Shown here: in pieces, positions 25,518 through 33,847 of the stretch
How the letters are laid out: each line of letters opens with the position of its first letter
How positions within the stretch are numbered: position 1 is the stretch's first letter
Source: an uncultured archaeon
Lineage (GTDB): Archaea; Thermoplasmatota; Penumbrarchaeia; JASLWR01
Assembly (NCBI GenBank): GCA_964342815.1
Contig: CAYFHS010000039.1
Location: 1 to 39,813, forward strand
Direction of reading: 5' to 3'
DNA length: 39,813 nucleotides
Translations under genes and position numbers: made by a program
The notes under the pieces: model-generated
Told to the model about the DNA's origin: nothing
The model's database searches: none
Seen by the model: only the letters and a program-made list of their open reading frames with translations

Positions 25518-28500
25518 ATGGTAATGAAACAAAAGAAAAACGTTTTTATCGTATGGTTTGCAGTAATGCTATTCAGTCAGGGGTTGATAGGTGCTGACCT
25601 GTTTTTTCCGGGAGGTATTACACCTACCTTCTCAGCTAGAGGAGCCAACATTATCGTGGATGATGACGGGCAGCGGGATTACGCCAGCATTCAATCAGCC
25701 ATCAATAATGCCGTGGAAGGAGATGTCCTGTATGTACACGCTGGGACTTATAACGAGCACATAGTCGTGAACAAAGCTCTTACAATTATCGGTAACGGCA
25801 GTTCTGACACCATCGTCAGCGGTGGGGGAACAGGGGACGTCCTGAGGGTAACTGCCAGCTGGGTGAACATTACCGGCCTCCGGTTAATAAACAGCGGATC
25901 AAACTCCAATGACGGGGGACTCGAGTTGGATAGCGCGGATCATTGCCGGATCACGTATAATTCGATGACTAACAATCAACAAGGTATTCGCCTTATTTCA
26001 GCCGATGATAATTTCATAGCCAATAACCAGGCTGATTCCAATACTCTCTACGGTCTCTACCTATCCTCCTCCACCAACAATACCATCGACAAGAATTCTT
26101 TCAAGTCGAACAACGATGACGGGATCCGTTTGTCGGGATCACAATATAATGTAATATCGAATAATACGTGCGTCTCGAATATGGAGAAGGGAATCCACCT
26201 CTATCCGCCAGAATCTCTCTATACTGTCATAAAAAACAACACCATATCCGGTAACGACTACGGTATATACATGTCATCAGGTGAAAACACTGTTACGGGC
26301 AATACCATTAATTCCAATACCAACTATGGTGTCAATATCTATGCGGGTGACAGTAATTATATTCATCATAACAACTTTATAGCCAATAACGGTACCGGGG
26401 TGCAGGTATACGATGACGGTACGGGCTCGGGATTGAATGATACTATTGGTGAAGGGAACTACTGGTCGGATTATACGGGCAGGTATCCCGGAGCTTCTTA
26501 TGTGGTGAAGGTGTGGAATGTCCCTTACGGGGCATGGGGAGGTGCGGCAAATGTCGATTATTATCCACTTGTCCGACCATTGAATCTTGATGAGGACAAC
26601 AGTCCCACCACCGGGACAACGGGCGACCCGTTCGTTTTCGATATTTGGACTTCGGATATCATCGATATCGGAGGCGTCATGATCTCATGGAGCCACGGCG
26701 GTAAAGGGGGAAATAACGCTACGGTGGATGACGGTGACGGGACCTGGAGCCTTACAATTTTCCTGGACCACAGCCTTGCTGATATGACCTATACTGTTCA
26801 GGTGAACGATACATTCGGTGGTAATTTCAGAGAACTTCCAAGGAAGGTTACTGTAACGGATAACGATATTCCAGGGATAGTCAGCGACGATTCGCCAGTC
26901 CAGGGGACAACGGGCGACGTTTATGCTTTCGATCTGACCCCTTGGGACAATATCGGGGTTGGCAGTCTCAACGTAAGTTGGCAGCACGTGAACCTTGGTG
27001 GTAATCTTCCTCTTAATAATGATGGGGACGGAACCTGGAGTCAAACGGTGGTCCTGGGTCATTCCATGACTCCCATGACGTATTCAGTCCAGGTGAACGA
27101 TAGTTCGGGAAACCTGTATCGGCAAGCTACGCGAACCGTGGTTTTGACTGACAACGATAATCCCACCATCGAGGATGATAATTCCGATCAGGCCGGCACC
27201 ACCGGAGATCCATTTGATTTCAATATCAGTACATCAGATAATATTAATACGAATTCGGTATATGTGAACTGGGTCCATGGTAATCGACACGGGAATTTTT
27301 CGTTGGAAAGGGACGGTGATTATTGGCGGGGCACCATCGTGCTGGACCATAATATCGGTGATCTGAATTATATCGTCTGTATCAACGACTCCTCCAACAA
27401 CTATGATGTCGGGCCGCTGCGGAACGCTCCCGTCACTGATAACGATAGACCCGAATTCGGAACCCTTTGGAACAGTGAACTGGCCACGGGACGATCCGTT
27501 CTCTTTTCGGCGAATATCACCGAAAATATTGGTTTTCAGGACATAGCTTTCAATTTCTCGATAAACGGCGGTCCTCGTGTAAACTGGTCGGTCAGTAACC
27601 ATACCGGCAGTTCATGGTACCTACCCATTCCAATACCGGAGAACGCGTTTTCCATTGAATATTATTACTGGGTGCGGGATACCTCCGGAAACGTGAATCG
27701 CACCGGAAATGTCCAAAGGTCCGTGGCAGACAGGGACCGGCCAACGTTGGGACTTCCATTCCATAAACCCGGAACCACCGGGGACCCCATGGAGTTTTCC
27801 ATCAACGTGGACGACAACATTGCCGTCAGTGAAGTATACCTGTTTTATACCGTTGAAGAAGATTCCTACAATATTTCCGTTCTACACGATGTGGATACCA
27901 GGTGGAACGTTACCATAATCGCACCGGAAAATCACACTGCTTTCAGCTATCATTTCTCAGCAAAGGATACCTCGAACAACTGGAACAGGACCAATACGCG
28001 CAATGTCTTGATCGTGGATAATGATGCACCTTATCTGATAAGGGATCTAACTGTGGGAAAACCGTCCACGGGGGACCCATTCAACATTATCGCAGGTGCC
28101 GGTGACAACATAAAGATAATGGAGATGTGGTTGGTGTATAATTTCGATGGAATATCAAACACCTATGTAAAGATGGGGCTTGGGGCTGATGGAACCTGGT
28201 CAAGGGAGATACCGGTTCCCGACGACGCGCTGTTGTTAAAATATAAATTCGATATGGAGGATAAAGCGAAAAACAGCTATATCACCAATGAAACATCATT
28301 GAACGTACTTGACAACGACCCCGCTGAGTTTACGGATGAGACCGTGGGGACGCCCAGAACTGGAGAAGAGTTCACCGTTGCGGTGAATGTGACTGACAAT
28401 GTCGGTCCGGTATCTGTGATCTTGAACTACATGCACAATGAAAACCAATTCACAAGCTCAATGCAGCGCACCAGGGGTAATACCTGGAAACTTCCCATAA

Positions 28501-30545
28501 TGGTACCCGTTGACTCCACCTATTTTCAATATTCGTTCCTCATATCCGATGCTTCCAACAACAATATAAGCTCGGACAATGTTTCCTTTCAGGTACACGA
28601 TAACATACTTCCCGTGGCGGTGGCGGGCCCATCCATCGTAATAGACCAGCACGAGAATGTTACCTTCGACGGTACGCAGACAACGGATAACATCGGGATT
28701 TTCAGATATGAATGGTCTTTCTTTTATGACGGGAGCCTGGTGCTGCGTTATGGTGAAGAACCCGTTTTCACCTTCGATATTGTGGGAATTTATTCTGTGA
28801 CTTTGAACGTAACCGATCTCACAGGAAATTGGGACCGGGACGGCCTGACCGTTACCGTGCTAGACGTGACACCACCCGTGGCGGAAGCAGGGTCCGATCA
28901 TCTTACCGAGCCCGGGTGGAAGGTGGTGTTCGACGGGCGCGGGAGCACGGATAATATTGGGATTTCCGGTTATGTTTGGAAATTCACTCACAATGATGTT
29001 CCCGTGGTGCTGGAAGGGGCCGTGGCCACCTATACGTTCTACACTCCGGGTGATTATCCGATTACTCTCACCGTTTCCGATACATCCGGATATTACGATA
29101 CCGATGTTATTCTCGTGACTGTGGTGGACAATACTCCCCCAACCGCACATGCGGGAGAGGACCTGAGCTATCCCGAGGGAAGCCTTGTCACCCTGACCGC
29201 GGCCGGATCCACCGACAATGTGGGGATAGTAAATTACAGCTGGAAATTCCTGCAATCGAACCAGTACCGAGTGCTTTACGGAAAACAGACCAATTTCACT
29301 TTTAATACGCCTGGGAGATATAACACCACACTTACTGTAAGAGATGGTAGAGGATTGATTGGTATCGATCACGTGATCATTACTATTTTGGACATTACCC
29401 CCCCTGTTGTAACTGTTTATGTAAAGGGGGATTACATCGAGGTGGGGGATCAGGATCAATATAATCTTCTCTTACCTTCCACGATAGAGCTGAATGCATC
29501 GGGGAGCACGGATAATGTTGGCATCATAAGCTATCGATGGACCGTTGAATATCGTGGTATAACGGTCAATAACTTCGGTCGAACCATCAGCTACCAGTTC
29601 ATTGATCCCGGTGAACACAATGTCACTCTGAAATTAACCGATGAGGCAGGAAATTACGGTATACGAACATTCAAGGTAAATGTGCCGTTAATGCCGTCGG
29701 CAGGTGGGGATCCCACGGAAACCGACGCGGGGTTTATGAGCTGGGTTGGGGACAACGGCTGTCTTATGCTGTTGGTGGGTGCCATGATCCTGATATTCCT
29801 CTTGGTTATCACAATCTTCTGGACCCGTAGTGAAAAAGTTAAGAAGGTCCGAAAGGTGAAGATAAGAAGAAAGATACGGAAAAGGAGGGTGAAAAAGGGT
29901 CAATCGGAGTTCGACAGATTGTATTCGCAGGACGCAGATCTGGCAAAATACGCCCTGGTTGAAGGTCTCTCGGAAAACGCTGTTGAGGAAGAATATTCAC
30001 CTGATTTTGATTATGAGGAAGAGGACTTCGTCGAGCAGGATATGGTTGAAGAAGATCTTGCCGAGCCGGATATGGTGGAAGGTGTCCTCGCGTTGTATGA
30101 AATGCCGGAAAACGGTCTTACCGAGAACGGGGCGGACTTAGAGGAAGAGGGAGAAACGGTGGAACCAAAAATGATTTTTCCGGACAGTGAAGCTCTTCAG
30201 TTGGCTATAGCCCCCACATCCGCCGCACCTTCTCTTTCCCCCGGTCTGGATGTGAGCGTTACCGTGACGGAAACCGAGTTGAAGACCTACAGGGAGATCG
30301 AAACCCTCTTTGACGATGTTGACCTGAGTTCTCTCAAGAACGAATTATCCAAGGTACCGTCGGAGTCCAATGGGGTGGAGGCATTGGGTGGACGCATAAT
30401 CGATATCGAAGAGAAGCAGCCGCAGCTTCCCGAAGCCAGAGATACCGTTGACGAGGATGAAACGGAGAAGAAATCGTGTTCGAACTGCGGCAAGCGGATC
30501 GACGTTTTCTGGGCGGTTTGCCCCGGATGCAAGAGGCCGGTATAG
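25518..30545 (+). CDS. Giant surface protein: NosD/CASH beta-helix, ~7 'DNDxP' Ig-like repeats, ~4 PKD domains, TM helix, acidic tail and C-terminal zinc ribbon
   Basis: SIQSAINNA..GD.LYV.AGTY.E and GNYWSDY. PKD motifs P.A.AG...FDG..STDN.GI..Y.W.F. TM helix followed by a basic patch. Ends with CSNC-x10-CPGC. Confidence 0.85.
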   Translation: MVMKQKKNVFIVWFAVMLFSQGLIGADLFFPGGITPTFSARGANIIVDDDGQRDYASIQSAINNAVEGDVLYVHAGTYNEHIVVNKALTIIGNGSSDTIVSGGGTGDVLRVTASWVNITGLRLINSGSNSNDGGLELDSADHCRITYNSMTNNQQGIRLISADDNFIANNQADSNTLYGLYLSSSTNNTIDKNSFKSNNDDGIRLSGSQYNVISNNTCVSNMEKGIHLYPPESLYTVIKNNTISGNDYGIYMSSGENTVTGNTINSNTNYGVNIYAGDSNYIHHNNFIANNGTGVQVYDDGTGSGLNDTIGEGNYWSDYTGRYPGASYVVKVWNVPYGAWGGAANVDYYPLVRPLNLDEDNSPTTGTTGDPFVFDIWTSDIIDIGGVMISWSHGGKGGNNATVDDGDGTWSLTIFLDHSLADMTYTVQVNDTFGGNFRELPRKVTVTDNDIPGIVSDDSPVQGTTGDVYAFDLTPWDNIGVGSLNVSWQHVNLGGNLPLNNDGDGTWSQTVVLGHSMTPMTYSVQVNDSSGNLYRQATRTVVLTDNDNPTIEDDNSDQAGTTGDPFDFNISTSDNINTNSVYVNWVHGNRHGNFSLERDGDYWRGTIVLDHNIGDLNYIVCINDSSNNYDVGPLRNAPVTDNDRPEFGTLWNSELATGRSVLFSANITENIGFQDIAFNFSINGGPRVNWSVSNHTGSSWYLPIPIPENAFSIEYYYWVRDTSGNVNRTGNVQRSVADRDRPTLGLPFHKPGTTGDPMEFSINVDDNIAVSEVYLFYTVEEDSYNISVLHDVDTRWNVTIIAPENHTAFSYHFSAKDTSNNWNRTNTRNVLIVDNDAPYLIRDLTVGKPSTGDPFNIIAGAGDNIKIMEMWLVYNFDGISNTYVKMGLGADGTWSREIPVPDDALLLKYKFDMEDKAKNSYITNETSLNVLDNDPAEFTDETVGTPRTGEEFTVAVNVTDNVGPVSVILNYMHNENQFTSSMQRTRGNTWKLPIMVPVDSTYFQYSFLISDASNNNISSDNVSFQVHDNILPVAVAGPSIVIDQHENVTFDGTQTTDNIGIFRYEWSFFYDGSLVLRYGEEPVFTFDIVGIYSVTLNVTDLTGNWDRDGLTVTVLDVTPPVAEAGSDHLTEPGWKVVFDGRGSTDNIGISGYVWKFTHNDVPVVLEGAVATYTFYTPGDYPITLTVSDTSGYYDTDVILVTVVDNTPPTAHAGEDLSYPEGSLVTLTAAGSTDNVGIVNYSWKFLQSNQYRVLYGKQTNFTFNTPGRYNTTLTVRDGRGLIGIDHVIITILDITPPVVTVYVKGDYIEVGDQDQYNLLLPSTIELNASGSTDNVGIISYRWTVEYRGITVNNFGRTISYQFIDPGEHNVTLKLTDEAGNYGIRTFKVNVPLMPSAGGDPTETDAGFMSWVGDNGCLMLLVGAMILIFLLVITIFWTRSEKVKKVRKVKIRRKIRKRRVKKGQSEFDRLYSQDADLAKYALVEGLSENAVEEEYSPDFDYEEEDFVEQDMVEEDLAEPDMVEGVLALYEMPENGLTENGADLEEEGETVEPKMIFPDSEALQLAIAPTSAAPSLSPGLDVSVTVTETELKTYREIETLFDDVDLSSLKNELSKVPSESNGVEALGGRIIDIEEKQPQLPEARDTVDEDETEKKSCSNCGKRIDVFWAVCPGCKRPV

Positions 30546-30858
30546 GTGAAATACAAAAATGGCACTCATAAATCTGGTGGAAATCGAGAACAAATATTTT
30601 ACTTCCAATGCGCTCGGTATTTCGATAATACTCAACTACCCAATAGTCCGAAGTCTACTTCTAGCAAACGTTGCCATAAAGTAGCTTGGATTCCATTCCA
30701 ACAAACTCAACTACTTCGCGATATGCCCCACGACAAGGAGGGAATGAGGAAGTATCTTGAGGAGTACATCATTCCTGATTAGACCCTGGTTCATGCGCCT
30801 TATGATTCACTTCCTCACTCCGCCAAACCCTCCGTGCGAATCTCTACAGTCTGCATGA

Positions 30859-30925
30859 ATTCCCCCCTGTCATCGGATCCAAGGCCACTCGATCGGAGAC
30901 GTTCAGCGATGACGCAGGGGGGAAT
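30859..30925. other. Strong hairpin between convergent genes (terminator-like, or a miniature repeat)
   Basis: ATTCCCCCCTG-TCATCG pairs with CGATGA-CG-CAGGGGGGAAT: 17 bp with a 2-nt bulge. Confidence 0.55.
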
Positions 30926-31040
30926 GGGGACATTGAATTAATGCTTGCTCCAAGTTTAAGTTTTTTCTTACTTTGGCAAATGTGCTCCCGCGTTGTATGT
31001 TTGCTAGATTTCAAGGCGCAATAATCTTATTTTAATATTT

Positions 31041-31595
31041 TTATGCACCTCCTGCATATGATTGACCTTCTAGAATATTCCACCCATTTGTTATTGTCCC
31101 TCTAATATTAACAATATAGCCTCCATAATCATGAGTGGATGTAAAATCGATATCAATCTCAATATCCGATTTCTTAAATGAATCCATATATATCCAGTAT
31201 TCTATATTTCCATTTTTATTGATATTATTATCAATAGATTTTTGCATACTAAATGGATAATGTAGAAAATCAGAGTTTGAGAGATAAGACCTTAATGTAA
31301 TTTTACCATTTCCAGAAATATTTAATCCAATCCCATAAAAACTATTTTGTATTTGAAAAACGGCCTCCCCTTCAACAACCTTTAATTCATTGTAAACACT
31401 TTCTATTGACTGATTTGTGTCTAGCTCATATAACACAGGAATTAACAATGTAAAATTTATTCCAGAAGTAATTTCGATTTTTAATTCAGAATAATTTGAT
31501 TCTATTGTTTCATTACGATCATTATCAACACAGCCAGTACTAAAGATAAAAATGATTAAAATATTTAGAATAATGATTACAGAATCATTATTCAT
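31041..31595 (-). CDS. AT-rich predicted lipoprotein
   Basis: Hydrophobic leader ending FSTG-C (Cys22). The GGGGGTGA RBS contains the stop codon of the upstream metalloprotease gene. Confidence 0.75.
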   Translation of the reverse strand: MNNDSVIIILNILIIFIFSTGCVDNDRNETIESNYSELKIEITSGINFTLLIPVLYELDTNQSIESVYNELKVVEGEAVFQIQNSFYGIGLNISGNGKITLRSYLSNSDFLHYPFSMQKSIDNNINKNGNIEYWIYMDSFKKSDIEIDIDFTSTHDYGGYIVNIRGTITNGWNILEGQSYAGGA

Positions 31596-31600
31596 TATTA

Positions 31601-32785
31601 TCACCCCCATGATACTTTTGTGAAATCAATTGCATTCCAACAGTTGGAACAATAACCTGGTTTCCCATCAGTAACTACACTCTGAAGAGGACAGTCATTA
31701 TTGCTACAATGGCCTGAATTATCAAGGTGGACCGCTAAAGGATTGGTGGATTCAACCCCGATAATATTATGCCCTATTTCATGCATGAATATATTGGCAA
31801 TATCAACAGAATCTCCTGCGCCTCCTTCAATGGCAATTTGATCGCCATTATATTCTCCTGCGGCACCCCATCCCGAGGAGTCCTTTCCCCACCAATTACC
31901 TGTAAGTTTGTTAACCATGGTGCAATAATGAAATACTCCAATTCTATTTGAAGATGAACCATCTGGGAAGATAAAAAAATGGTCATCATACATGTCTTTC
32001 CATTCATCAAATGTTGTACTTGATTCAAAATCAATACTCTCACCCCCACCCATGCCTCCTCTATCAATGTGGAGTGTTATATCTTTTTTCGAAAATGCTT
32101 TAACTACATCTTTAGCTGCATCATTACTCATTCCATCTGAAGTGTAAAATCCATAATGAAATGGCGAGATCCCCCCTAAACCCGGACAAAACCATTTACA
32201 TTGATAGCTCCAGTGCCAACCGCTATAATATGGCATCCAATCAACTTCAACGAAGATATCTTTGTGGGTAGGATTCGCTTCGTATGGATAAAAACTGTGT
32301 TCTGCTTCCCATAGGTCATCAATCCCGTCTTCATCGGTGTCCTTATCCGCATCGTTAGGATCAGAACCGAACCATCCTTCCGCCCAATTTTTTAAACCAT
32401 CTCCATCAGAGTCATTTTTACCCGAAGCATCCTTTGTATTTGAATCAACCAAATTATGGAATGCAAGGTAATTCCCAAATCCCTCCGCAACCTGTGATGC
32501 GGAACATTTATCAACAGGTAGAACAAATGCTTTTCCAGCTTCCAGTGTATATGCATTCTTTGGATCATCCGGATTGTTTATACCTTCTGTGAATAAACAA
32601 TACGAGAAAAATGGTTTTCGTTCACTTAAAAAATGTGCGGGATCATTGGCATTGTTAGGGTCATCGTCGTAAATATCTATTGCATCGCTAATCGCTAAAT
32701 CTTCGGAGTCCCCCTCTGTAATATCATCCTCACCCCCACCCAAGCATCCGTCATCGATGTGCAATGATATTTCCACTTTGGGCAT
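31601..32785 (-). CDS. Zincin-type metalloprotease with DxDxDG Ca-binding repeats; no signal peptide
   Basis: FMHEIGHN (31769-31783) followed by GHC...C.L. DSDGDGL and DTDEDGIDD.WE repeats. GGAGG RBS, with an in-frame stop 3 codons upstream of the ATG. Confidence 0.8.
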   Translation of the reverse strand: MPKVEISLHIDDGCLGGGEDDITEGDSEDLAISDAIDIYDDDPNNANDPAHFLSERKPFFSYCLFTEGINNPDDPKNAYTLEAGKAFVLPVDKCSASQVAEGFGNYLAFHNLVDSNTKDASGKNDSDGDGLKNWAEGWFGSDPNDADKDTDEDGIDDLWEAEHSFYPYEANPTHKDIFVEVDWMPYYSGWHWSYQCKWFCPGLGGISPFHYGFYTSDGMSNDAAKDVVKAFSKKDITLHIDRGGMGGGESIDFESSTTFDEWKDMYDDHFFIFPDGSSSNRIGVFHYCTMVNKLTGNWWGKDSSGWGAAGEYNGDQIAIEGGAGDSVDIANIFMHEIGHNIIGVESTNPLAVHLDNSGHCSNNDCPLQSVVTDGKPGYCSNCWNAIDFTKVSWG

Positions 32786-32894
32786 AGATACTCATCCTCC
32801 AAGTATGTAATATATTACGCCGCATATACTTTTGTTTTGTGGTTTGATGATTACGGAATAAACTGTAACTCATATGTTAATACGTATGAAATTT

Positions 32895-33057
32895 TCCTCC
32901 TTTCGGAGGATGGAATAGAAATCATGGTAAACTGAACCCTCTGCCGAGGACAATGTAAAATAGGAGGACACTTCATGACTCTCGGCTCATGGTCGGGTTG
33001 CCACCCGCTCCACGTTATACAAAATACATGAAGTGCCTGGTTTTCCGGGGGAAAACC
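32895..33057. other. Cluster of hairpins in non-coding DNA
   Basis: TCCTCC-TTTC-GGAGGA (32895-32910). CACTTCATG (32969-32977) and CATGAAGTG (33027-33035) enclose CGGGT-TGCC-ACCCG. GGTTTTCC-GGG-GGAAAACC (33039-33057). Confidence 0.45.
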
Positions 33058-33143
33058 TCATTTGACCGAATAAGCTTCGTTTACCAAGAAGAAGAGAAAG
33101 AGAGTATGAGTTTCAGCAGTTTAGATTTCGTTGAAATGAATGT

Positions 33144-33563
33144 TTAATAGTCTGAATCAAATCCCTCAATCCCAAGTTTGCTTAGGAATTCCTTTGGGGT
33201 ATAGTATTCATCAAAATCGGTAAAATCGACATCGAAGGCAATAAGATACGGTATATCAAATTTCTTTACAGTGGCAATATGCTCAAGATCCTTACGTTTT
33301 ATCTTCCCTTCCCATTTCCTCATTTCACCTTCAATTTCATAGAGATAATGTACCTCGAAATGTGTCCGCAATATTGATTCAATCATGTAAGCAAAATTTC
33401 TACCTCTTTGTCTTTTCATATACCTTCTTACTTCTTCAATGACCTTCTCATTGATAATTCCCTGAAATTTCCCCTCAAGTATCATGTTAAAAATAATTGC
33501 GGAATTGGATTCCTCATACTCGAAACTGAAAATAATGGTAGAACTATCCGGAAATAGTCTCAT
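33144..33563 (-). CDS. vapC: PIN-domain (VapC-like) toxin
   Basis: Acidic tetrad pattern: D in FPDSST, E in EEVRR, D in KDLEH, and D in AFDVDF. ATG at 33563 overlaps the end of the antitoxin gene. Confidence 0.8.
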   Translation of the reverse strand: MRLFPDSSTIIFSFEYEESNSAIIFNMILEGKFQGIINEKVIEEVRRYMKRQRGRNFAYMIESILRTHFEVHYLYEIEGEMRKWEGKIKRKDLEHIATVKKFDIPYLIAFDVDFTDFDEYYTPKEFLSKLGIEGFDSDY

Positions 33564-33795
33564 TCTTAACACTCTCGATTTGGCTCAATATTTCCTGAGG
33601 ATCCTTGCTAGTTCCAGACAGATTATCTCGAATTGATTTCACCAATTCCCGGACATCTATGATCCCGGTATCGAGGGCAAACTTCAATAAGGCCATTCTG
33701 ATAGCTTCACTTTTTGTCTGAGCAATGCCGTTTTCGGTGATTGAATCCAGTATCTTCTCCTGGACTCCTTCAAACTTCACTGTTAGGGTCGTCAT
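33544..33795 (-). CDS. Ribbon-helix-helix-type antitoxin (VapB-like)
   Basis: 83 aa with an N-terminal beta strand LTVKF and a helix TKSEAIRMAL. Lies upstream of, and overlaps, the PIN gene. Confidence 0.8.
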   Translation of the reverse strand: MTTLTVKFEGVQEKILDSITENGIAQTKSEAIRMALLKFALDTGIIDVRELVKSIRDNLSGTSKDPQEILSQIESVKNETISG

Positions 33796-33847
33796 AGTAA
33801 TTACCTATTTATCTTATAGTGATTCACTATTAAATATACTTTCGGGT

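Noticed and set aside
30546-30782. 78-aa ORF (and a 41-aa ORF at 30559-30684) after the giant beta-helix gene
   Set aside because: Two competing short frames with no recognisable family. Possibly decayed sequence.
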